A stretch of DNA of 64,000 nt, taken from Ramazzottius varieornatus (taxonomy: Eukaryota > Animalia > Tardigrada). The notes beneath the pieces are model-generated. The model saw nothing but the letters and a program-made list of their open reading frames with translations, ran no database searches and had not been told where the DNA came from. The stretch spans positions 930,001 through 994,000 of the forward strand of contig BDGG01000008.1 of assembly GCA_001949185.1 (NCBI GenBank), written 5' to 3'. Numbering within the stretch: position 1 is the stretch's first letter; each line of letters starts with the position of its first letter. This document shows positions 25,492-37,075 of this stretch, one piece after another. Position numbers and translations under genes: made by a program.

Positions 25492-26273
25492 CTAATCGAC
25501 TACCGGTTTGGGCTCCTCACCGCTTACCTTACATGGTTCTGATATTAGACTAGACATTTTCCTCGATCTTTTCACGACCCAGTCAACAGTTCTTTTATCG
25601 CTAAACCCAGCAGTTATTTTGGCCGATAGTTTGTCGAGTAATTTTGCATTGTTAAGCTTAACTTTGTCTGCAGGTATTCTGCAAATCGTGTCGGCGACAA
25701 AGTCGAACAGATCGCTGTTATTTTGTAACTTGTGGTTTCGAATGACTTTTCCCTGAACAAAAGGAAACAGCCAGTAGTCTAGCGGGTTATAGAGGCGGCT
25801 TGGCACAGGCCATAAGGTAACCGGAAGTACATGAGGAAAGGCTCCTTGCACGAAGAACTGGGTAGCCTTCGCGGAGTACCAAGGTGCCCGATCATGCTGC
25901 AAAACCAAGCTCGAATCAGAGTTCGCCATTTTCTCTCGGATGGAAGACAGAGTTCGTATCATCTCATTTCCAGTGAGCGGTGGGCATCTGGGTAAATGCT
26001 CCACAATCCGGCATGAAGAACTGGAGAAACGCCAAAGATTATTTGTTCGATCGAGTAGGAAACAGTTACGAAACTACGGATGGAATGTTAGCCAACTTGC
26101 CTAACGCCGACGAATACGGGAGTCACGAGCTGATGCATCTCCCTCCCGCACCTAGAAGGTCGCGAGACCGAGAAGACTTTCTCATCCGTAAAGAGAACAT
26201 TCTCAATGTCCACGTCGAGCAGGTACCGTTGCAGTCTTCGCAACGTCCAAACATCCGCCTTTCGTTTTACCAT
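25492..26273 (-). CDS. DD37D (maT-like, IS630-Tc1-mariner superfamily) transposase-derived gene, 2 exons, about 233 aa
   Basis: Motifs NVLFTDEKVF, LQHDRAPWYSAKATQ and WPVPSRLYNPLDY, with 37 residues between the 2nd and 3rd Asp. An 80-nt intron at 26021-26100 (AG|GCAAGT...TTTCTCCAG|) joins the two ORFs in frame. Confidence 0.75.
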
Positions 26274-26522
26274 AGCTAAACATGCACAATTGATGGAACA
26301 GTTTTTGCAGAGCATTCCGTCTTGCGAAGACTTCCAGAATATTACCGTGGAGATATCAGAGAGACAAAAATACAATTCACCGGGCGATAGCGTGATCTAC
26401 TGTCTAAACCACAAATAAAACTATAAACATGAAAAACAGTTCACAATCTTGGAAAGAAGCGAGGTTTGGGGAAATGGTCAGAGAAAAATCACCAATAATT
26501 AACGGATTTGAACAACATCCGA

Positions 26523-28728
26523 TCAGGAGAAGGTCGTCGAGTTCAGAATGAAGAGCTGATGTTCTTCCTTCTTGATCCATCTTATGAGCTTCTCGATCGC
26601 CAGAACGGCCTGATGCTTCGATATCCATGGCTCCAGCACAGCATACACTTCAAAGTTGGCTGTCACCTACACGAACACATACCGTTGAAGAAACCCACAG
26701 GCTTGGCTTAGGTTTTTTGTTAAACCTACCCAGCCAAGAAGCATCTCGGTAGAGGAAGTCACCACAATGATCTTGGTGGCTCGAGTAGAGGTATGCATTT
26801 TTCTGTGGAGAAAGCGGTAGAAGGACCGAAGAGCTACCCGCTGTTCGACGGAATGATACGGCGGACCAACCACCGGACTGGACAGCTGCGCGGCACTGGC
26901 TGACTTGTAAACGAAGTGCCGAAGCTCAAACACATTCGTCTGCGAGACGGTGTAGTTGGAGGTAGACGACATGGCGGTGAGAACTGACCCCAGATACCCA
27001 GAGGACACCATTTTCTATAAGAAGAAAGCCGACAACTGAAGATCGTTCCGCAGAGAAAGTACTCGAAAAGCTTACCGACACAAAATGCGCGCCATTTTTC
27101 GCGAGGGCATGAAAGAGGTTAGGATCGACTCCGAGGTAGACCAGACACAACGGAGAATCACTGACGTACGAAATGTACACGTAAAGAAACCCTCTGGAAG
27201 AGATGCAAAATGTGATGAGTAAAAAGCATCCAACAAATTTGCGTTTGTAGGATCTTACCCGGAATCGAATTTGGGAAGGCAGACCGGTATCCACGACTCG
27301 GCAGTCTTCAGCGAATCCGAAGAACTGATCAGATTGATCAACAACCTTATATCGCTTGGGTGAAGTATATAGTTTTTCAACCTCGACACGCACACCAGCT
27401 GCTTCTTCGCTATCAACAGTCCGAAAACTAACCCCGGAGTCTTCTGACAGGTGTGCGTTAACAGCGAACTGACGTTATCCCTGAGTGTCACAGGTAAAGG
27501 TAGACATCGGACTGCTCCCAGTAGGAAACCGAAGTCCTCGTCGAACCAGTCTATCAAACTATCCAAAATCTTCTCAGTTCCCGACAGCATCCGCCTCAGA
27601 TCGAAGTTCTGATACTTTGAAAATATCTTTTGCAGTTGAGGTAGTGTGAGGACGCTCAGAACAAAGTCATAAGCGTAGTTCAGGTACGTTAAAAGCTGCT
27701 TGTCTGATTCGTCAGTCTTGGCTACTGTTACGAGTATTAGCGGCGATCGAACCAGGAAGGAAATGATGGTGTCCGCTGTTCGAATGTTCCACAGGTGGTT
27801 GTTGGGAGTGTCGTTGATTACCGATACCAAAGCTTGCATCACACCGCAGAGGGTTACCAGACGATCTTCTTCGCCGTGCCTGCAAGAATCCAGTGGTAGC
27901 CAGTACCAAAGCACGAGTTGACCGTGTGCATGACAAAAGTTTAAAGCGGCCACCCATGAATTAGCCTAACTGACGTCACGGCGGTACAACAGTGTGACGA
28001 AAGACGAACAAAATCTACGGGTGGCCGACTCATCCTGCTTGTGCATCATACCTTGAGTATATTGCCTTGCCCGAATCACTTAGGATGAACAGGTGCCTCT
28101 TTTGGCTTCTCCAAGTAGGGTCTTGCGTATAGTCAATAGACTCGTCCGGAATCAAGGATGTTTGGTCTCCTTCCGTATCTTCTACCGGAGGTGTCTCGGA
28201 TCTTGATCTACTTGATCTCGGAGCATTAATATCTGTGAAGGCTTGCTCTTGAGAGAGGTAATTGGACGTACACGTCAGATGCGGTCCAACAGGTTGTCCT
28301 GATTCAACAAAATTCTCCTGTAAGAATGAATCTTGTCTAATGTCGAGTATATAGTTCAGGAAATTTACCTCGAGCACTTCCGCAATTTCTGGACTAGGGG
28401 CTCGCGATCGATGGACATGCATTTTGCGGATGGTTTCCTTGATGACTTCTGACGTATCTCCCACGGAGAGCCGCTCCGTCCTCGCTGCCACCTCCACTAC
28501 TTCAAGCTCCGCAGTGGATGCTCTTATCTCGTTGATCAGGGAACTGGTGGAGCTGAGCCGCGTAAAGTTTTGTCGAGGGTTGGATGTGGAGGAGACACTG
28601 GTGTCAGAGAAATCTTGTGCATTCTCGAAGATTGGATTCTCGCTGGACCCAGGCTGCAGGCATTCCACGGCTTCCAGCACTGTCGATTCGAAAGTATCGT
28701 GCATGTTCTGCTGTGCAGGTGCGTTCAT
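26523..28728 (-). CDS. MON1: Vacuolar fusion protein MON1 homolog; multi-exon
   Basis: WRSQKRHLFILSDSGKAIYSRHGEE, NFDLRRMLSGTEK, AVRCLPL, AESWIPVCLPKFD, KLIRWIKKEEHQLFI. Confidence 0.95.
27947..28032. repeat. Family 2 copy (MON1 intron)
   Basis: cggccaccc...tgacgtcac...gggtggccgactca. Confidence 0.7.
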
Positions 28729-29068
28729 TGCGAAGCTTGTCCACAAAGTATTGGGGAAGTCAACATACCGAGGTGCAACGAAATCTAGAAGAGCATTAAA
28801 TGAATTCACAATGAATGGGGTTCTCTGGATTTCATACAATCAAGGATCCAAATCAATGCACAGAAGTCTGTTGTCTGGCTGAGATGAGCCATCGGCCGTT
28901 TAGCGTTATGTAAACAAACTCCATCTGGTTGCTTTGAAATTTGAATGGATGAGAGTCATAATTCAGAAGATTGAAGTCATCGAACACGAACAGTACTACG
29001 GCTCCTTGGATTTTGGAACAAATCTCAGCAGTCCGTTAAACTATTTCAAAGCTTAGACACGATTTTCG

Positions 29069-30191
29069 ATGGCTTCCATAGTGTATCTACCCGTGATATT
29101 TACGTTGTGCACTGCTGGACTGTTTCTCCTCGGAAAATCTGCTCCGGAACTTGAGGCAGGCGAACGGTTAGTGACTCGTCTTTCTTAGGTCTGAAAAATG
29201 CTCAAGAACTACAGTGCTAGTTACGTGCAGGTTGAACCTCCAGTTTCCTAAATCGTTCACCGATCTAAAGGCCGTCACGACACTCCTAAGCGAATACAAG
29301 CGAGAACACTATTTCTACGTCCTCTGCCTCTTCTGCAGTGCCTTCTTGTGGAAACAATCTTTTGGTATCCCAGGCTCCGCCAGCCTGGTAAGGTCTCGGA
29401 AGTCATGATCTGTCGGAATTCTCTGGTTATTTGACAAGTCACAGCTCATTGCAGAATCTAGCGGCTGGAGCGCTTTTCGGGACGGTAGTTGGATTTCCGC
29501 TGGTTTGCGTTCTAACAGCTACCGGAGCAACCCTTTGCTACACGTTATCTTACCTATTCGGCAGGAAACCGATCGCGAAGTACTTTTCTTCCAAGTTGAA
29601 TTGGTTCCGTGCCAAGGTACACCCAAAATGCTGCACTAAGAATGATGCCAGCAGAGCAAAATTCATCTTGTGTGTTTGTATTTACAGGTACAGTCGCATT
29701 CTCAAAACCTAACGTACTACTTGCTCTTTCTCCGTCTGTTTCCTGCTTCGCCTAATTGGTTCCTGAATATTGCTTCACCGCACATCGGTATTCCTGTTCA
29801 TAAATTCTTCCTGACCGTTTTACTTGGTAAGGGAATAGTCTTTGCACACAAACCGAAGTGTTCGCAACGAAGTGTTACCGCTTTACCTAACCATAATATA
29901 ATATTGCACCTAAGGTTACTACTGTCGTTTCCAGGTCTGATGCCATACAACTTCGTTTGTGTCCAGAGTGGAAGCATTTTAGGCGAACTCGAATCGTTTA
30001 GCGATATCTTCACATGGACACGCATGTTTCAGCTAGCGATGATAGCATGTGTCGCTTTGATACCCAGTTTATACTTGAAGAAATATAACAAATCGTCTGT
30101 TACGGCCAAGGCAGAAAACTCAGCGCAAACGGACGCCAAAGCGAAGATTTCCTTTCAAACCGAAGTTTACGCAACAGAAAGGTCCCTCTAA
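29069..30191 (+). CDS. TMEM41A: Transmembrane protein 41A-like (VTT/DedA domain); multi-exon
   Basis: LFCSAFLWKQSFGIPGS..LNLAAGALFG, GATLCYTLS, FLRLFPASPNWFLNIASP, GLMPYNFVCVQSG. Confidence 0.9.
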
Positions 30192-30223
30192 ATCTGTCGA
30201 ACTGTTCTAGTATTTTCTAGATT

Positions 30224-32931
30224 TTATATTTTCGATTTTGCTTTCAAACGTTGCAGTCGTTTGTGCTCACTCTCTTGTGAATACAAGTTTGAAAAGATCT
30301 CTTTGACTTTCTTGTTTCGAACCGCGTCTTTCTTGAGTTGTTCGTTCAGTTGCACGGTGGAAATAAAATGGTTATCTCGTCGAAGTTCTCGCTTGGCTCC
30401 TTTCATCGAGCGCTTCTTGTCGTGTAAGAGACGCTTCACTTGAGTCTTCTTGGCCGATTTCGAACGATCGAACCTGCAAAAACAATACGATCAGCAAACT
30501 TTCAAAAACCGTTTTTACTTATACAGAGTTAGAAGCAACTGAAGATAGTCTTACTTGGTGTCAATTCGGGGCTCCAAAAGCTGCAAAGGCGCCGGTGGCT
30601 TCTTCGAGAACTGCAGGTATTTCCTGGGTTGTCGATGTAACGCGACGAGCCTCCCGAAAGCTTCCGCTTGGGCTGCACTCGCTCCCCCAGTCTTTACCTT
30701 CTTGATCAGCTCATCAAAATCTCCAAAGAGCTCAGTGTAGGCAGGAAGTTCCGCATACACGGAAACCACTTTCTCCAGCAAGGCGATGCCTGCATGCGCC
30801 ACTCTCTGCCCATCATCTCTGGACAGAGTCTTATCTTTGACTTCCCCGCCTTCACAACCGAACAACTCTTGGAAGGAAAAGCTGTTACTCACCAGAGCTG
30901 GACTTGTGGACTGGTCTGGAGAAGCGGCTTGACGCTCTCTGTTCGCGAGGGTTTTTCGAAGGAAAAACAGAAGTTCAGGACAGTACTTCTTCGTAACCAA
31001 CACACCATCGGTCACGAGTGAAGCCACGAACAACGCATTCAACACGGAGCTCCGCGAACTCATGTCCACATTCACCAGTATTTTTCCCAGAAGAAGCATC
31101 AGCGCTTCCTGGACCGGATGTCCTTCTTTGCTCCACGGGTAGCACAGCGTAACGAACCTTAGGAAGTATATCGCCGATGGAACGATCCGGTACTTGGTCT
31201 TACGACAGACGAGCCTCGTCAGAACTTGCAGCCTCTCTTTCGTGAATGTTGCGCCTTTAACTTGACTGATATCGAAAAGCTCGAGCAATGAGAAAGTCAA
31301 GTTGTTCCATAAATGTAACGCTTCCACTGGTTCCGAGTCTGATTTCGTCAAGAGAAAATCGAGAAGGAACTTGTAGAACGTGGTTAGTTTCTCGCGGTTG
31401 GCCTCAGCTAGACTGACGTGATGGTAGCTCATGATGCGACTAACGATGGTGTGGACCTCTTTTGGTGTGCGGTTGGCAAAGAGAACATCGAGTTCTCTGC
31501 GCTTGGCTGGAGCAGGAATGACGAAAGGTATGTCTGAAGGGTCTGCAGTTTTTTCTTTCTTGTCGGCGTCTTTAGAGACTGTAACGAGGTCGTCTTGCAA
31601 GTCAGCTAGGTCAATATCTTGCAACTCGACTTCGTCATCATCGTCTTCATCTCCTTCCTGCTCGTCAAACGCAGGTTCTAACATTTCCAATCCACGACTG
31701 GCTGTTGCATCCTAAAACAGATAAGCACTTAGAGTATTCAAATCGAACACCCTTCTCTGATCCTACCTGGTTTCCGTCCATCCTGTTCATTTTGCGTTTC
31801 TTGTCAGCGAGCTCGAGTGCATCTCGGGCGTCTTTTGCAAGTTCTGCTTCGCTCTTCAACCGGTCACTTGCTTTAGCTTTGCTGTCAAACTGAAGCATCT
31901 TTACGAGGTTGTCGTACGACTCGACCGGCGGATCGTTAACGGCTTCTCCGAAGGCAGACGACACCAGACTGCGGACTCTTGCTTCCTTCCACTTGTCATC
32001 CAGCGACTTTGTCAGATCACGAACCTCATCCAGTTCGTTCTGCTTGTTATACTTCTTCTGCTTCGACTCAGCGATGATATCCTCGATCTGCAATTTCCTG
32101 TCAGCTCTCACATCGTTCTGCTGTGCATCACCTGCCGAACCAGAAAACACGTTGCGACATCGAGTATGGGTTTCACAAGTATGGGTTTCACGTTCGTAAC
32201 GGCAAGAAGGATTTGTCGGCCACCCCTGGATACAGAATGCCGCAGTGACGTCACAGATGGACAGTCCAAGGGAGGCCGACTCACCGACTCTACCCATCAA
32301 CAATAGTAAATATCTTCTTACGGTTGTCATCGTTGATAACTTTCTTCAGCAATCCCCCACCGAAATGATGCGTCGACACGAACTGCTCTTCCAGAATATC
32401 GTCGGTATCGTCCGTCTCCGGCATTTCCTGGTCCTCAAAGCGTTCGGCTTCAGCCATAGTCCGACCAAAGCTCCCGTCTTCATCGTCGTCGTCGTTCAAG
32501 TTGAACTGGCGTCTCTTCACCTTCGTGCTTTGCTTCCTTTCGAACATCATACGCTCCATCATCTTGTCTTCTACACTCATGGTTGTATCTTTCTCTCCCA
32601 AGCGATGATCAATGAGTCGATTATTCTTCGTGCGAGAGTTGTACTCGTTGAGCAGAGTCTTCTTGCGGTTGGTGACGGCGACATTACGCGATACACTACG
32701 CAGTCCATGTGTCTGGATGGCGGTCTGCCCTTTCGCTCCCTGTTTCTTGTTCCCTTTCTTCAGCTTGACTGTCGAGTTTCCACTGTCGAAAGACTTTCCA
32801 GCGGTCCTCCCGGTGATGTTATGCTTGGCTTTCGTCAGGTAAAGTTCAAAAGGATTGGTTCTCACTTGGGCTGTACTACCGAAACGCTTTGACTTCGCAT
32901 CCGACACGCTCCGCCGCTTTTCCGTCTTCAT
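30224..32931 (-). CDS. NOP14: Nucleolar protein 14; multi-exon
   Basis: NPFE, RKKTLLNEY..DHRLGE, HHFGGG, IIAESKQKK, ASDRLKSEAE, MKGAKRELRRDNHFI. Confidence 0.92.
32215..32285. repeat. Family 2 copy (NOP14 intron)
   Basis: gtcggccacccctgg...gtgacgtcac...gggaggccgactcacc. Confidence 0.7.
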
Positions 32932-34194
32932 CTTGGGGAGTCTAAAGAAGAGTTATCAGTCCAGTGTGTGTACCTTTTGCAACAGCCTCCTAAGAATCCA
33001 CCAAAAAAATGCAACGGAAAATTATAGGAAGAAGTTCTGGGCACTGAGGGGCTGCTGTACTTCGCTTTGCCGGGACGTAAAACACACGATGAGGCGGTTG
33101 ATTGAATGCTCTATGCGCACATCGAGGCGGAGCGAATACTCTTTACGTCATCGACCATACAAACCAACTGAGTATAAAACCGCGTGGGATTTTGCTTGCG
33201 GAACCATACTGCGGTATAGCCACTTTTAATAATTCAAAACGCCGCCGTGTCAGACGCGATTGCATGTAAATGATCCGTATCATACGAGTGCTGTACGACG
33301 GCGTACCTTTCTGTGCCAGCAAGCACAGCGTACAGACAACATTGCCAACAGTTTAGGCAAGTTGCATTGAAAGGAGATCCCGGAAGAGCTTGCCAGAATG
33401 CTGTGTCAGCTAGCAGTTTGCGGCAGTATGGAAAGCTCTTTCGGACACCAGTCCAAAGACTGCGAGCATGTATCAGTCAGACCGATCGAACGATCGCATA
33501 CGAGCCTTTGTACGTCACCCTACACAGGCGTCAGGCGTACTGCTACATCACGTTCTGAACAGCCAGTCAAAAAGTCAGCCGAATGAAACCGGCTATACGC
33601 GAGTCTCTGGCCTTGTCGCACAGCATACGACCGCACTGTCGTACCCGTACTGGGTCGCACGTTCGTGCCTCCCAAACTGTGGACGGAGCTGGTCCAGATC
33701 GGTCATCACTGACCAGCTGCTGAACGTCGTGCTGCACAAACTGGAAGTAGTGCCCATCAACTAATCAACCTTACATTCTGGCAGCAATCAACCGAATCAA
33801 ATGTGTAACACGATGTTCAGCAGCTCGTCAGAGTCGGTCATGTCCGGTTTCGGCTACTTGACGTCGCCGTTCTTGCGCCCAGTGACGTAAATCAGCTGAA
33901 ATTTGAGCTGAGTGGCTTGCCCGCTCTGCCTCGAACTGGTTACGTTTTGGTCGACAAATGGTATGCCCGTGCGTGGCACACGCGTACTCCCATACTGCGC
34001 TTTCGCACTCAGTCTGGCACCGCCTCCCACAACCGGTGGGGGCTGCGCACGGTGACAGCCGGTTTTATAAAGATTGGCACTATTCACCGTCCATCGCTGG
34101 TTAACATTTTGAGCTTTTCCGTTTTTGGACTTTATTGAGTCTTTGATGGCGCCCTTCGTGTTAATCTCCTTTCAGTTGTCTGTGTGATTTTAGG

Positions 34195-35653
34195 ATGTGC
34201 TCAAAGTGGAAACATGTCGGCTCCATCCGGAAGGAACTTATCAGCTGCCTGGACCACAGATCAAGACCGCAATTGAACGCCCACCCCGGAATCGCTGGAC
34301 TGTCTTCCCAGCTTGCCCGTCACTATGCCACCGCTGCCAAACCGCCCAGGACAGACAGCTTCCGCCGGAAGAAGCCCTCCGACTTGATGCTCCAGCAAGC
34401 TGCAGAAGTCGAACAGAAAACGATGTACTTCGACGAGATCAAACACGATCTGCGAAATAAGAATGCTTTCCGCGGAGCCATTGCTTCATTCCTGAAGCGG
34501 GATATTCGTCGGGCTGGACATGTCGAATTCATCTACGCGGCTCTCAAGCGGTTGAAACATTTCGGTGTGGAGAAGGATTTAGATGTCTACAAAGATATAC
34601 TGAATGTCTTCCCCAAGGGCCGATTCGTCGCGCAGAATATGTGGCAAGTAGAGTTTATGCATTATCCACGACAACAGGACTGCTGCATCGACGTCCTATG
34701 CGAGATGGAAAAATACGGTGTGAGCTTAATAACAGTACGAAGCCCATAATATGCATTCAGGCGTTACTCTGTTCCATTGCTTGTAGGTGTGATCGGCGAC
34801 ACGGAGATGTACCATATCATCCTAAACGTCTTCGGAGACAGATCGTACGCTATGAGGAAATTCAAAAGGATGATGTACTGGTACCCGAAATTCCGTTATG
34901 CGAACCCGTATCCCATCCCCTGGCCCACACCAAAAGACCCGTATGAGCAGGCAAGGCTTGCTCTCGAGCGGATGTGTCCTGATCTGAAGAAAAAAGTCAC
35001 AGTCGTTCAGGTATGCATATTTGATACGCCGAAGAACAATTTTCACGTAGCGAGTTTTGGGCCTGATGTGAAAGTGCTTTAGGCTCATGAAGTAGACGAG
35101 CATGCCGAAGATCCAACATGGATAGCCAGTCTCATATGTCCCGACCAGATTGTTCTCATCGCAAAGCATCCGGACGACCGGCCTCTATACGTCGAAGGCG
35201 AGTTTTCTGTTCACCTTCGTGAAGCCTGGTTGAAGTACTTTATCCTGCGGGACGAACCGAAGGAAATGCTGGACGCCGGTCCTTTGGTCAACCCGAAATC
35301 TTACTACGAAGCAGACAGTAAGTGTTCGGGCATTGCTCGAAAGCCGTTATCGAGTGTCTCAGGCATCGCTTTTTTCCATAGCGAGCACGGACTGGGACCT
35401 GTTCTTCCAAAACGAAACTTCCAAAGAATTTGCGCCACTATCCTCTGTTCACGAGCAAGAGGATGGGAACATCCTGTCGATATGTATAACGGGATCAGGA
35501 AGCAAGCTGTCGTTAAAGTCGTGGATCGCCTACCTGACAAGAACCAACCCCAGGCTGGCACAGGTCCCCATTGTGTTTAGGATAAGAACCATCAGTACCG
35601 ATAACGAGCTCCTAGTAAGTGATGACAATTTACGAACTGCGGAAGTGGCTTGA
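34195..35653 (+). CDS. ECSIT: ECSIT, mitochondrial complex I assembly factor; multi-exon
   Basis: RRAGHVEFIYAALKRLKHFGVEKDLDVYKDILNVFPKG, HYPRQQDC, RMMYWYPKF..NPYP, VHEQEDG. Confidence 0.95.
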
Positions 35654-37075
35654 CTCTTCCGTACTTCTTACCGGTTTAATCAGCTCAACGGAGAACTTTC
35701 GTTGAACCATTGCGATAATCATTTTAGTAATGTTTTCAACTCTTTCGAACGATAGATTTGAAATTTTTGGGGGAATGACCTAAACCTGAAACATCCAGTC
35801 CTTGTTTACGCATGTTTACTCACGGTGTGCGGTAAAAAGACTTGCCTCAAAGAACGGTGACTGGGCCGTTGCATTCAGTGCATTCCGGGGTACTTCCCCA
35901 TTTATTTCCGCACACGGTTTCCCCTAGCTTGTACGGGTTAACAGTAGTGCAGGTATGTACGTGATTGCACTTAGTAGACGCGCCATGAGATTGCTCATGC
36001 TCGGATCACCGTGCACCTGCGCGGGCCTACTGTATGTCTCACCAAAACAGGTTACTGCGAGAAGAGGCGAAGAGCGTCAGCACAAATACCCGTTCAGGTG
36101 AGTTACATGATTGCATTCGTAAGTGTTTAATATCTCGCAGCTTGGCCAAAAGACAGAATTGATCGATCTTGTGTTTGTAGGTTGTAGGCTTTCCCCTGCA
36201 CTCACCGCTGCCATCTGATTCTTCGCGTGCGGCCCGTGTAGACACCGCCGAGCTCGTTCGTGAGTACATGACTCGTATCTTGTCGATTCATTCGATCGCA
36301 CCAGACAGTCGTGTTCAAAACGCCGCACACTTGGCTTTTTCTTTTCCTACTTCTCCGAGACTTTTTCGTCGAGCTAATCAGCAGTTCAGTTTCGTTTTGA
36401 TCTTTCTGTGCTTTGTCATGAGGAAGTATCCTGATGACGCGTAATCTCGACGACGCACTGTCAAAGGTAAGACTCTCTCTTCGGTTATGATGCAGTATGT
36501 GAAATTTCTTTCGAGATTGGTGCAGGAAGGCAGCGGAACTCGATCCGGCAATTAGTCTTATGGGGGTATTTCGATGCTTATCTTTTTTGTCCGTTAGTAG
36601 GTTAATCTCCAGTATGCAAGACTCTGTCTTACGTACGGTATCTAGATCAGAACAGTGGATATTTTGATTGAGTTTCACGGTGATACTGATGTTTAATCAT
36701 TAGATAGGGCACGTGAGCTCAATCGTTAATTCTGTGACAGATTAACCGCTAATCCGTCACGATTCGCTAGATCTTCCTCGTCACGCGAAAAATACGACAA
36801 GCCCATCTAAGCGTGTAGCGCTATAAAATAGTAATGTGCGGTCCATGGTCGTCCTTGATCGTAACAGCACAGATATTTCATCGTGTATTTTTCTCATGAG
36901 AAGGTCATCGTGAAGTTTCAAAGAGATTCAACCACAGATGTTTGTTGTTATAGCCGAGTATAATTTTCTTTTACAGATCCAACATGGGGCTACTTAACGT
37001 CAACACATGACCAGTGCAAAGTCGAGTGTGTCATTCGCCTCTGGCCAAGACCAGTTTGGACTTTCGGTCTGACCG

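Noticed and set aside
26273-28728. MON1-transposase fusion by splicing to the acceptor before the DD37D ATG
   Set aside because: That acceptor needs a phase-1 donor. The MON1 donors I could read are phase 0 or 2.
28910-28917. Forkhead site GTAAACAA in divergent promoters (also 60860-60867)
   Set aside because: A given 8-mer is expected about twice by chance on both strands of 64 kb.
32163-32191. 14-bp tandem duplication agtatgggtttcac in a NOP14 intron
   Set aside because: Simple local duplication with no sign of function.
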